A DNA stretch of 64,000 nt from Phoronis australis (lineage: Eukaryota > Animalia > Phoronida). The DNA is taken from positions 80,745 to 144,744 of the forward strand of contig NMRA01000170.1 in the NCBI GenBank assembly GCA_002633005.1, in the 5' to 3' direction. Of this stretch, positions 26,001 through 38,823 are shown piece by piece (the stretch's first letter is position 1; every line of letters begins with the position of its first letter). The notes under the pieces were generated by a model. It was not told the origin of the DNA. It saw only the letters and a program-made list of their open reading frames with translations, and did no database searches. The position numbers and the translations under genes were made by a program.

Positions 26001-29000
26001 GAAAGCATATCTGATGAAGAGACACTGATTATTTTCATAAGCACTAGTAGGCGAACATTTTTTAGTTAAGCCTTGCGTCGTCTGTTGTCGTAGCGATAAC
26101 TTCGAAATCGTTTTTAAGTTGGAAAGTTAAGCGAAGTTTCAGCGAAACTTCGGTAAAACGAAGTCCCCCTAGTGGGAAGGGACTTTAATGCTTAGTGGAA
26201 CAAACACAGTATAAATATTAGGATTAGCATTCACATTAATTGGATATCAGCTTTTCCTTGCAAATAGCATTTTATCAGCATTCCTGTTCAGATTTTGTTG
26301 ATGGACGATATTTTTCCCTAACACTATGTCTTGTTTTACAGGCGTAAGAAGAGTCAGGTTAGAGTTTCTAGAGCTGCTATGTCCTCGCTGCAGTGCCATC
26401 TGGTGACTGGTAACCATGTGCTGATGATACAGATTTTCTCCAAACACATCCAACTGCAAGGTAAATCGTGTTGACAGGTGTTGGATATTGACTGGTAAAT
26501 GAGTGTGTGGATATGTTCAATGGACAATGCATTGTGAAGGCACATTGTGTCCACATGGTGTGTATTATTACAGGACATGTTTGTCTGCAATATAACAGAG
26601 TAAGGATAGTTGAACAGTTCTGGCTTTCCTTTGTTGTGTTGAATCTGAGATGGAACTCATGAGTGATATTTTTGTTTTATCTTAGTTTTAGAGGGTGAAA
26701 ACATTGCCATGATCATTCCTGTAAATTCTAGCTACGATCCCCTTAACTCCAATCTTGGACAGCCAGACAAATCTTACGGCATAAATTCCTTACCCACAAC
26801 CCTAAACTCCACACATATGCTAAAAACGATTCATATCCAGTTTGGTGTTTTGTGGTCTAGGAATACGGTTTAGGCGATTGTCACCAATTTCTGTAATTTC
26901 AATTTTTATAGATTATGAGACATCTATACTTACAATATTTTAGTGTAGTGTACAGTAACATTGTGATTGTAAATCCAACACTGACTCTTCATGATAAATG
27001 TATTGTATGTTTTGGTCTGTCAGTTGGAAAATATGGAATGAATACAACAAGCAAAAGTTACAGTTCAGTGTATGTCATTGTTAATTCATGCTATTTGCCC
27101 TTGCAGTCACGGATGATGAAACATGTAAGCTTGACTTTGAGGAGAACCCTGATGCTCAAAGTACAATGCTGGCGTCCCCACCCTACACTCCTGATAACAA
27201 AGTGATACAAAGTGAAGCCAGCCTTAGCACACTGCAACACTGTATCAAGCAAGTGCGAAACTGTCCGCCCTCGCTGCCTAGTGTCTGCTTCTACACAGTC
27301 ACCAGCAATGGTCAAGGGTAGGTAGGCTTGAATGGAGGGAGAGTGAGAGCTACGCTGTTCATACAGGATGTATTCAATAGAGCCAGTCACACGTGGGACA
27401 CTAGCTGCAGGAAATTTTGGCAAGCTGGGTAATAGAAATAGTGAGCATTCAGGGTATATGTTATTGTGTAGCTTCACCCACACGGTACATGCCAAACATT
27501 GACCCGGAATTTCCTGTCATGACGGCTGGGCAGAAGTCAAATTCATCATCAGAATTTCCTCATGACAGAAAAATGGAAGAGAATCAACATCCGAACTGAG
27601 CTGTGTCTAATCAATCGACATCACCTCATAATGGAGTATCAGTGGCTTGTAATAACAAGTCTTATTGACTGCACCTCAGATTGTCCACAAGTTAGCGTGA
27701 TCTGAGTGACCTGTATTTACAGTTCCTTCAGAAGGATTGAACTTTGGTTTGAAAAAACACCAAAACGTACAAGGTCCATATGGTTGCCATTCTGTGTGCG
27801 AACTAGCATTCCCGTATTTGTAGAAGCACTGTGAGACTGGTGTCAGTGGTAATGTGTAATAAATTTAGACATCTTCCCAAGTAAGCCTAATTAATTTTTT
27901 AAACACAACTATTTAGTTATTTATGTTGCTTGTGACTGGGTATTATATGGGTGGCAACTACGACTCACTACTTACCAAAAATGACTCATAATTTCTCGTC
28001 AGGACGACTCTGGACTACTGAAATTTCTCTTTGTTAGAACTGAGTCCGAGTGGGATTCACTGTGACAGTAGTTGGAAGAATGGTCATTGTGTGTCATAAT
28101 GACAGGAAACAGAATTTTATCTTGTTCATTTTGGCATTTGCTGCATGTATTCTCTATCTTCCTGTCTGTGTGTACCGTTTACCAGCAAATGAAAATTAAA
28201 CTATAGACTAAGTGTTGTTGAAGTATTTTTCATAAATTTTGTAGAATGTGCTGTGGTTGTGTATCAGAAGACAAGCGCCTCCTTGCGACAGGGTTTGAAG
28301 ACTCATCAGTACGCTTGTGGACTCTTACTTCATCGCCTCTGGTCGCAGCACCCTCTGATGTGAACATCAGTCACATTCATCTAGCTGGTGACTATGAAGA
28401 GGATATTTTAGAAAAAGAAAGGTACTTCATTATTGCGAGAATAAGCTTATTATTAAAGGTTTTAAAGTAATGTGTAGAAGCAGAATTATCTTTAATTTGT
28501 TATTTCATATTCCTACTGTCAATTTCAGTTACGAGGTCATAGTGAAAGTTTTTTTATGAAAATATAATCTTACTTTTAGTTTGTAATTGTCTACGTAGTG
28601 CAGATTTACTTCTAGGTGTAAAATGTGTCAAGTTTGTTGATCAGTTCACAGCATACGATCTGATGCAGTAGTGCTTTTTGCCTTTAGGGTTAACTTGTAT
28701 CATCGTCCACACAGTCCATTTGAAGTGTTGACCGTCACATTGGACTCAGTGTGAGTCTCTGTTAATGTGATGTTTGCACTGCGTTTGTTATTAGCTCACC
28801 CTGCCCTTTCTCCTCACCCCAGTTCATGTGAACTGCTTACTTTCTGGGCTCAATACAATTACATTGTCAACCAATTTGCACTGTTTTATCTTATCTAGAC
28901 CCCCTGGTCCATCAGATGTACTCACACTTCGAGGACACAGTGGGTCTGTCTATGGATGTCAGTTCACACCTGACAACAGATACCTACTCAGCTGCTCAGA

Positions 29001-32000
29001 GGATACAACAGGTAAGTACCTGTGTTTTAATCATTTAATACTGTTGCTTTACTTAACCAACTGTTATATTTGGCATTTTGAACTGCTCTATACTAACATT
29101 AACGGGAATTTATGAAAACAGAACTGCTTGTTGGCCCATGAACCTGCATTAGGCCCGTGGGGTTTTATTTGAAGCATAAAATACAATCTTGCATTAGTCA
29201 CACAGTATATATTGTTGATTTCAGTTCGCCTATGGGACATGAATACCTTTACAAACAAGGTGGTGTACCACGGCCATGACTACCCTGTGTGGGGTATTGC
29301 TGTCAGGTAAGCGATGTTACGGTAATGCTGCAGCTATTGTCGAGCATGTTTCAGCATACAGTGGTCTTTGCGTTAAGGTTCTCACTGACATTGAGCTCAA
29401 AGCAGTACCAAATTATAAGCTTGCATTCTTATTTGACTAACAAGCAAGTTTTACAGATTTTTCAATGCATTCATGATATTCGCATAATTTAATAATTAGA
29501 TCAGGGCGTGAAGTCTAATCTCTGTTCTCAAAACTCGATAGGAAAATTGACAAGTTGTACGGCACACTTCCGGTAAACATACAAATTTACTCTCGAATCA
29601 TGTGGTCTGATTGGAAGCATTTCAAGTATTTAGTCATGTCTGGAGACCAGGTGGTACTCCGTCTGTTTCATGGATTATTTCTGCAAAGTGATCTTTTCAT
29701 TCAGACTGTGCTCTGATGGCCCATTCATGGGGCCCAATACTGAACGTATAATGTAACTTAAACTCGTTCATCTTTACAGCAAACTGGGTCAAACTTTTGC
29801 CACATGCTCTCATGACAGAACAGCGAAACTATGGAACACAGAGTACACTTACCCTCTACGAAGTCTTGTCGGTCACACAATGGATGTTGATGTAATTGGT
29901 CTTATTTTTCCAAGCTGTCTATGTCTGCCTACGCTCATTTCATATAATTTTCTTTGTAAACTTCGGTGTTGAATAACGATAAACCTGTTAGTGCTAAGTG
30001 ACAGACAGGGTATAGCTAAGTCTGGCATGCAGATATTATTGTGCTATTTCCACGCGACTAAGAGCAAAACATTGCTAGTGACTGTAGTCTGCATCGCATT
30101 AAATAAGCACCAAAGCACATTAACGCCAGAGGTCAAGGGTCGGGGTGTAGTGTCATCGATCATGCAGGATTTTATGACGGCAGTTTTGAGTTTCCCGAAC
30201 TGCGATAGAGTTTTTCCTGACCCTTGTTCCCACATTGTTATGCCCATCTACAAACTGTCCCAATAGTTGTTCGTGTGTCACAAGTACAGTCCAGTTTCAC
30301 TGCTCAGGATTGCATAAAAATACAAAATCACATTCATATTGAGAGTCAAATCACTGTACATGACTTAACATATTAGGTTTTTTTTCAAAATAATTATGAG
30401 TGGTTCCTCATGGGCTCAAGTGTCACCAACAATGGCAGACTTTTAGGAAGCAATGGTGGTTGGCACTTATTACTTGTATCGCCACCTGGCTGTACTAAAA
30501 GGCACTTCTTCGCAGTAGCTGGCATAGGAAAACACATTTGACTTAGTGACAAGACCCTTTTATAGTGTATGTGATTAGACATGATTCATTTAAATGAAAG
30601 TGAAGTTGCCTCCTTGTCCTCTAGAGGCCACTGGTATCCAATCCATGGGATCAGTCGCCACACTGCTGTTTTAATGTCTCCCATTGTGAGCTCAAGGTAA
30701 CATTTTGAGTTTGGATTGCTGGGTAGGAACAACAGGTGTGCTGGTTCCATTAAATAGTTGTTTACAAAGCCTGTAGTTTGCTCATTTGACAGCTGAGTTT
30801 AGGGTCCATGTCAACTGGTTCGGAAACAAGTTTTCTGACGATATTGAATAATTACAGGCTGAAAATCTTACTTGTCGTAATTGGCATCGCAATGTGTGCA
30901 GAAGTTGCTCATTCCTTGAATACCTTAGTTATTTGTGAAGCCTTCAAATTGTTGTCTTTCTATTTTAGTGTGTCCAGTTCCACCCCAACTCTAAATATAT
31001 AGCCACGGGCTCAGCTGACCGTACAGTGCGATTGTGGTCAGTGGACGATGCTCAGTCCGTCCGCCTAATGCAGGGTCACAGGAGTGGGGTCTTCTGTCTG
31101 GCATTTGCACCGGACGGACAATACCTGGCCTCAGCAGGTAAGGCAGGTGTATGCAGGTATTTGCAGCTGTATGTTGTTTGGAACTGAGATTGTTATTTAG
31201 TAATAACTGTAGCCAGTGGGGAAAATTGTGTGGGCATTGAGTGACGGCTGTAGCAACGTTCAGAAATTGAATATTTTACAATGAATTGCATGGTTTTTTC
31301 TTGACGATCATACCGCTTTGACAAGCAAATTAATATTGGACTTAGTGTGGAGCAATAAGGACCCGTGAATTCTTCTCAAGCCAACATGTAGTAATCATTT
31401 CTTATCTCAATAGGGAATACAGTGATACCGATTTCGTAACAGTAAATGACCTAAATCAAAAGTTGCATTTGACAGAAGGTTTTGTGTACCTTTAAAGTGA
31501 GATTGCGCATGAATGTCCTAAGGTTACAATCAGTGGCACTGTTATAGTGGGACACACATGTTTTTCTATTGTGAGATGTGTTTTGTTCCAATTTGCATTT
31601 GGAGAAATAATTCAAGTTCTCAAGATGAGTCGAGCCAGCACTTTAATTTTCCACAAAGGTCAAAGGCGGAATTTTCTGTTTCTTCAATTGTCTCAAACTT
31701 GTTTTTGTCTTAGTTTAAATATGCATGGTTTTTGGGCATCTGTGCCCATTTTCACGAAACAGTTCCAAATAGGAACTCAACTAGGTTCCCTAAATCTTTC
31801 ATATTTGCCTTGTTCTTTAGGTACAGATGTGATATTTTTTTCTGACTCATTTTATCTTTATTATGAGCTCCTCTTTGACCATGAGCATTTTCTAATAAAA
31901 TAACTAAAAACTGAGCCCTTAATTCCGTTAGTATAATTAGGGACTAAGTCCTTAAATTAGGGGCATTGCATGAAAAGATCCCTACTTTTTTCAGTAATAT

Positions 32001-35000
32001 TGAGAATTCAACCTAGAGTTCACTCTTGATTTGTATCAAAGCCAAAAATTGACTTAATAGTAATGAGTCCCAAACAGCATAAGAAAGGACAATCAGTGTT
32101 TTCACAGTCCAACAAATATGCTGTAGATTTTAGGGAACTTAGTCGAGTCCCTGTTTGGAATTGTTTCATGCAACCAAGCACTGGAGGCTTTAGTTTTCAA
32201 AAAAGTTGCTATGGTAATAGCCTAGAATGAAATCAGATGATTTATGACACACTAAATTATTTGAAAATTCAGCGTAAAGTATTTGCATTAAAATTTTACT
32301 CAAGAACTATTGTCAACTTGTTTTGAAAACTTTAATTGTTCAATCTCACTTTAAAAAATGTTGCAAGCTTGAGCTATTAAAATTAGTCTAAAGTGACTTT
32401 TTTAACATAATTTTTCAGAAAGACAGTGAAGTAAAAATATGTATTAATCAAGTCCTAGATTTTGTGTGGACTCTTTTTTATTTTGTGTTGCAGGGGTTCT
32501 CTTTTAGAAACAGTTTAGGCAGTATTCATTTTACATTTGATTTTGTTGCAGGCGATGATAAAAAGATTAAGATCTGGGACTTGAGAATGGGTCAGTTACT
32601 TAAGGAGTTCAAAGGTCACACGGACACTATTCATACAATGTCTTTCAATACAGACAGCACCCTACTGGCATCAGGTACTTACTTGTATTCTTTTTGTATG
32701 TTTTTGAGGACTATGAAATGTGGAAGTCTGCGTTTTCTGTATTTATATATTACAGGGGTTGACTGATCTGGGATTATTTATCGTGAATGACATTGCGTGT
32801 ATTTTGAGTGGAATAAAATTAAGGTGATGCAGAATTTTAATTTAAAATATTAAAAACTTTGGCAAACTGTTCAATATAGCTTGAAATTTAAGGTGCCACT
32901 TAGTTGGCATCAGAATTGTATCAAAATTGTGTCTTGTGTGTTCTTAAAAATGATAGATCTGAAGGTTGGCACTCTGTAATTGTTGTGGAACAAATCATAA
33001 AAAGAACACCATGAACTATGAATTATGTGTTATGTTCTTTTCCTTTAATCCCAGTGCAGCGCTGTCTTTAAATGTCATTTTTTGGTTCATGTATTGGAGT
33101 GGAATCCTCTGTTTTCAAGTTTTAGAGTTACTGTTACACTGGACTGAATTAGCCTAGTATACTCCGCCTAAACAGAGGTGAAGGTCCATCAAATTTTTTT
33201 CACGATTTTGTGAAATGCACATCAAAAGAAATCACGTTTATGGGTGCAAAATACTTTAGTGTGCTAATACTAACCAAATCAAGTTCCCTTAGGATATTTA
33301 GGGAACCATAATTGGTCTTACCCAGTTGTATTTTGCCTCTTTTTACCTGTCTCTAACACTGACGAACCAAATCGTCTGCCATCTTGCACTATCAGATTTC
33401 CCATCTTCATGTTTTAGGTGGTCTAGACTGTCACATCAGAATATGGAATGTTAGCAATCCTGGCAGGTCAGAGTGTCAGTAAGTCTTTTATCTGTAATTT
33501 CTTCTCTAATATTGAAAGTGGCCCAGCACGAGCAACTGTGTGGTTGAAGACGGTAAGCAAGGATAAAAGGATGCTCCGATTTAATCACTTATTAAAGCAT
33601 AATTTATATACCGTGCTACTTAAGGACACACATGTCAAATCCTTCCATACTGTAATAGAAAACAGTTTTCATGCCCTAACACACCATTCATGGCATCGGT
33701 CAGTAAAAACGAAATTTTGTCCAAGTGTCATCATTTTTTACAAAATTTGCCAACCCTTCCAAATTTGAACCAATTTATCTCAATAGGAAACATTCTGCAT
33801 ATAAATCTTTAGCAATGTGAGAACACAAAAGTGTCTTTTGCTCGACCAAATCTCTAATTCTGGTGTACAGGACAGGCCGAGTTGACAGGGGTAATCTAGT
33901 TGCCAAATTAATTATTGCTCCTCTCACTCGATAGTGACAAATTAAGACTGGTGGCAAGTAATCAAGTGTGTCTAAGCGATTAGCCTGATGATTTTGAATA
34001 TTTTTTGCTCTATTTTAAGCCGGCTTTGTGAGTTAAAGGACCACGACTGGCCAGTGAATCTTAAGTCAATTGTGTTAAACTTCTACATTTTGGTTTTAAA
34101 GCCTTTTTGATTAAAGATGTGTTTTTTTAAGTCATTTAATAATTACGTTTAGGTTGTAAGCAGGGAGAGATATATTTGTTTTAAGCTACATTTTGCTGTG
34201 CAAGTTTAGACTTCCCCCAACCCCAATAAACTCTGAAGAGGTTTCATGAGTTGCTGATGGCTTCAATATTTTTTATTGGTAATGGAAATGGAATCTCATC
34301 ACTGTAAAGACCATTAGAAGACTGATTTTATGAGATTAAAAGACCTAATTCAATTTTCTTTATTTAACCAGCTAAACGGTGAAAGTGCATCTTTAACTGA
34401 TTGTGCACACTTTCAGACTTTTCATCGGAACTTTACTTTAAAAATCAAGAGACTGTTTAGAGAAATGCTGCCTTTATCAAGTTGAGTGTTGCAGTGCTTT
34501 TAGCAAACTTAATGAGTTGTGTGTTGTTAGATTTATCTAGGGTATTAATGACTTAATTAGTAGGTTAATATACTCATTAAGTGGTCTACCATTGATTATT
34601 TTGACTGGAACATATCAATTATAAATACGCCACTTCGTGGTTACTAGGCTTTGATTTTTTGCTTCTTTAATGTCTGTTGCAACAATGTCAATTATGAAAT
34701 GCCACGTTATGCTAGTAGACTCTCTCTGACTGTGACCGATTGTGTACCACGACTGAGATCTGTTACATAATACATTATCTTACACTTTGCTCCTATCAGG
34801 CTCCCAAATGTCTATTATCAATCTAGTTTCTATACAAATCATCGTCTGTCACATGATTAAATATCCAAATTTGCCTTGTACACGTGTTTATAATAGTACA
34901 AGATTTTTTTCATAAAACAAATTGGGCTGTAAGAGATATGTGGATTTGAGGTAAATGGTATTAGTAGTTGTTTCAGGTATGTTTTTCCTTATTCTTCTGA

Positions 35001-36276
35001 TATTAATTCTTAGGAATTTTCCTAAAAACAACGAATAACGTTTAGTCGAAAATGAATTAAATTCGAAAGCGCGTTTTTTTTGCATATTCTCTGTTTACTT
35101 CCTTCACAATTATCNAACACAATTTTATGGTGGTTTGACAAATTTTGATGCCGGAAATGTTATTTGTGCGTGACATGAGGTTTTTCAGTTGTTTGCCTAT
35201 TTTCAACATGGCACTCTGAACGAATTTTAAGCAATTCTGGATTATGCCTTGCAGTGGAAATTTGAAATTCTTTGAATTATTATCTGGAAATGTACTGATG
35301 TTCTCACTTACAAGATATGACCTTGTGTTTTTTCTGGAAACTTCACCTTACTGTCGGTTCTTGGCAGAAAATATACCCTAGCTTACAATTAAGATTTTTT
35401 GGCCAAAAGTGGCTCCTTGTTTTTTTATAGTGAAGTTAAGGGCACACATCCCTACTAGACAAAAGTACCATTTCCCCCGTGATGATGAAAGCAAATTCTT
35501 TTAACAGCAAAAGAGACTGATAATAATAAATATTATGGTGGAAAATTTTTCATTACAAAATGGCTTAGCCAACTTCCTGTTAACTCCCCTGTATTCTCAG
35601 TCATGAGGAAAGACTACTCTGACTATGAACTCGTCTTCTGTCCAGCGGCCATGATGAGTCGTTTTGTGTGAATACTTAGACTGCATATATCCACATGCCT
35701 CCCATAGTTGCTCCGCAGCAGCGTGTCGTGAGCCTTACTAAAGGTTGACCTTATATCATTTAATAGTTGTTCTTTCAAACACCCAACACTGTGCTTGCTC
35801 AGAACATCCGTTACAGACAGAACATTTTCCTAAGAAAAAATAATGGCAGGAATCTACTGTTAATTGGCTTAATCAGACTTATTTTGATTCATTATTGTAC
35901 TTGAGATCAAAAATTGTCTTGTAAGGCCATAAAGTGAGACGTGCCCTGTCTGTACCCAGAAGTTGATGTCTTTTTTATCTGTCTCTTATTGATTGTTCAG
36001 TGAATTTTGTATTTTTATGGTTACTTAACTTTAATTATATTTTTATTTGTGTCTCGTGCCACATTTTTGTGTGATACTGTTCTGGTAAATTTGCTACTGT
36101 AGACATGAGGTGATTTCTACTGTTTAACACGTGTTCATGATTGTCCTCTTTTCAGTCCTGAAGCAACCGTCTCCCCGGAGCTGATGTCGTCATACACTAC
36201 CAAAACCAGCGTAGTGTCACACCTCAATTTCTCTCGAACAACTTTACTGTATGGGATTGGATCATGTGTAGACTGA
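20006..36276 (+). CDS. TAF5L: TAF5-like SAGA/PCAF complex WD40 subunit, 14 exons: 20006-20074, 22532-22686, 24157-24275, 25053-25182, 26342-26460, 27107-27317, 28245-28421, 28899-29011, 29225-29306, 29780-29891, 30969-31137, 32552-32674, 33418-33478, 36156-36276; 586 aa
   Basis: All GT-AG, phases consistent, 1761 nt. N-terminus MRRIRNEQIHEIVNGHMKRRKY resembles TAF5L MKRVRTEQIQ..LKRRQY. TAF5 NTD2 segment LQPVLYPVFVHVYLELI, PPSLPSVCFY, and WD40 repeats (LATGFEDSSVRLW, LRGHSGSVY..LLSCSEDTTVRLWD, GHDYPVW, FHPNSKYIATGSADRTVRLW, GHTDTI). Confidence 0.93.
22222..22432 (-). mobile_element. tRNA-derived SINE, copy 1 (TAF5L intron 1)
   Basis: Minus-strand B-box GGTTCGAGTC near 22381-22390; body (acacgttgtaccagacg...gatcacctggaaccattttt...gagctgaggagctagaaa.ctgac.caagggtc) shared with 52325-52550. 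Confidence 0.7.
23473..23566 (+). repeat. 17-bp minisatellite (ACAATGGGAGGGTGTTG) x ~5.5
   Basis: Direct tandem repeat read from the sequence. Confidence 0.95.
25715..26188. mobile_element. MITE with imperfect TIR (AAGTCATTTTCCCATTAGG / CCTAGTGGGAAGGGACTTT)
   Basis: Inverted termini next to TTAA; internal repeated GCGAAACTTC / GAAGTTTC motifs; no ORF. Confidence 0.55.
31742..32180. mobile_element. MITE with ~55 bp imperfect terminal inverted repeats (TAF5L intron 11)
   Basis: gaaacagttccaaataggaactcaactaggttccctaaatct versus agattttagggaacttagtcgagtccctgtttggaattgtttc. Confidence 0.65.
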
Positions 36277-38682
36277 AAACCGTCACGGACAAACTACATT
36301 AGAATGATATGATTGGTTTAAGCTGCTCTGCTGAGAGTAGGGTGCTATAGCAATAGCTGGTGTACTGTCATGCCAGATATGCGATGATGCATAATTTTTT
36401 AGATGAGCGTTTGAATAGAGTCCCACTTTTGGAATTTAAAGTAGACTACTGAAGAGGATATTTATTATTTTTTTCAACAAGAAAATGAAAACTTTGGTTG
36501 CAACATAACTTTAAAAATTGGGTTACGTTTTGTACAATTGTTGATGGCAATGGGTTAATGTTATTTCGAGTAATACATCAGCAGGTCAAAGGTAAAAATA
36601 ACAATGAAGCAGTTTATAAAGGTAAAAATAGCACCTATGAGGTCCAGTGTGGCTACAGTATAACCATAGAAAAGGGGAAGTATTACCTTGACTTATATAA
36701 CCACTAAATTTTTGTAACCATTTCGAAATTTAATCCAAACGTTCAACTTGCCATCGTGTGGAATGGGATGTCTCAAGGTAATAGGCATACTACATGAACA
36801 GCACTTAATGTACCTTTAACTTTAGACTGGCTTGCTTTGACTCGTTTGCTGTAATCAATGAATCGTGTTATAAACTGCCCTGTCCCATATTCTGGAATAG
36901 AGAAATGTTGAGATGGCGTTAATTTGTTTTTATGGTCATTTTCAACTGATCTGGGCTTGCTGAAATACACGTTGTCAGTATACTATCACAAAATGGCTAG
37001 AGGACTTCTCTTATGTGTCAACGTGGAAGGTTTACGGCAAATTGTTATATAGGAGTGTTGCTAGAACTTTGGATCCTTCCGTTGTTGTTACAAATGTTTG
37101 ATCTCAACTGATACAACTAAACTGAAGCTCAAAACACCAAACAATGGTACAAATGATGTAAACATTGGTGATCACCATGTTCTAAGGGCCCACTGCTCCT
37201 ATAAATGCTCTCAAAGATCAAAACAATAGGCTATCCATAGCGTTGTCTTCTGGACTGAGTGTTGGTATACACCGTAAGACTGAAATAGGAACAGGTCACT
37301 GGGTAAAGCTATAACTTGAAGCTAAATTATGTCTAAGATGTTCAAAACAGAAACCTTTGGAAATTGAAATTGTAATCAATTATCCAAGATATGAAAGAAA
37401 CCGGCAAGCAAATGTGTACAAATTCGTCATGAGTCTTACATCATGTAGTTCGACAATGGCTTTCTGGCGTTTTGAAAGTAGGTGTCGTGAAAGACTTGGA
37501 CATACCGAATATAATTTAGAAATTACTATTTGAAAACCAAGCAGGAACAAAATATATTATCAAAAAGGAAAAAATGACACTATGACACTCAAACTAAGAG
37601 TTGGAAATATGATCAATGAAATGTCCAGGTGAAATGAGAAGACCTGTAAATGGCAAACGATATGGGAGTGAGGGGAACAATAATTTGCCCCACCCCATGA
37701 TCCAACTAACAGAAACTTCGATAGCTGTATTTTTAAAATTTCTCGAGAACTGGTCATATTTGGAGCTAAATTTTACGCGCGTTACGCGTTTAGGCTATCA
37801 TTGTGACTTTGAGGGCGATAAAAAGATGCACTGCCAAAATTGCTCTTTCGGCCTCGGTACAACGCAAAAACTCTTACCTCGAGCTGCGAAATCCGCAGAA
37901 ACGTGAGGAAAATAGTATTACACACACAGAACTAAGTATACGGAACATCGTCTCAGAAACTTGCGTTATTGCATTGATTTTGCATATTTCGGAGAGTGAA
38001 AATGAGGCTTAGTTCACTTTATTAGGGTTCATTTGAAGTTCAGTTTATTGGGGTGGCACTTTGAAAGGTGAGGGTTCGAGGCCTTGGGGCCTGCTTCAAA
38101 GACGCTTGTTGAAACACGGGTGGTGGGCGCCTTTCCGGGAGGCAAATGAGGTGGAACTGACAGAATGTCGCCAATACGCTTCAAAATTATTCGAATCGCT
38201 AATTTCCATCATTGTGGCCTCCCTCCGTGAGTGACCCTTAAAAAGAACGGACACAAATAAAAGCAGGAATAGGGTGGCCATAGATGCCCCCGGCCCTCCC
38301 ACCGTTCCTACGTCCCTGGTAATGAGTGGCCATATTCAGTTATGACGCTAATGCTTTATCGTAAATGTATTTTATCGAGGTAAAATCACGCTTTGGTGTT
38401 GATTTTTTAGACTTATTGCTCATGACGAGTTCGTGTTACTTAGTCATGACGAATTCAAACCAGTCTGTGTAGGCGGTCATCGTCGGCTGAGAGGACCGAC
38501 GCCTGCCTCCATGTATGATGGTCCGGAGACTGGCGTCCGAGTCGGTCACGCAAGTATCACACGAGTTGAGCATTCAACACTGATCGATCTTTGGATCACT
38601 ACGTAAACTCTCTTAGATTTCATTTCACAACCGTGCTACATCATCAAGAATCATTCGTCATTCGCAAGAACAAAAAACGCAA

Positions 38683-38759
38683 TGACGTCACCTTCAACCT
38701 GCGTCTGCGTCTTCGACTGAGGAGTGTATAAATTACATTTCGCGGCGAAGAATTCAGTT
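38683..38759 (+). promoter_or_regulatory. Core promoter of the HPGD-like gene: CRE + TATA + Initiator
   Basis: TGACGTCA 38683-38690, TATAAA 38727-38732, TCAGTT 38754-38759 (A at 38756, 29 nt after the TATA start), ATG at 38824. Confidence 0.7.
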
Positions 38760-38823
38760 ATACCAGCTAGTAACTTTGCTATAAGACTACATGTAAAACT
38801 GGTGGGAAATTGTGTTAAGGACA

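Noticed and set aside
35479-35660. Possible intronic C/D snoRNA (RTGATGA boxes at ~35479 and ~35651)
   Set aside because: The nearest CTGA gives only ~40 nt for the first and none follows the second at a suitable distance; no terminal stem seen.
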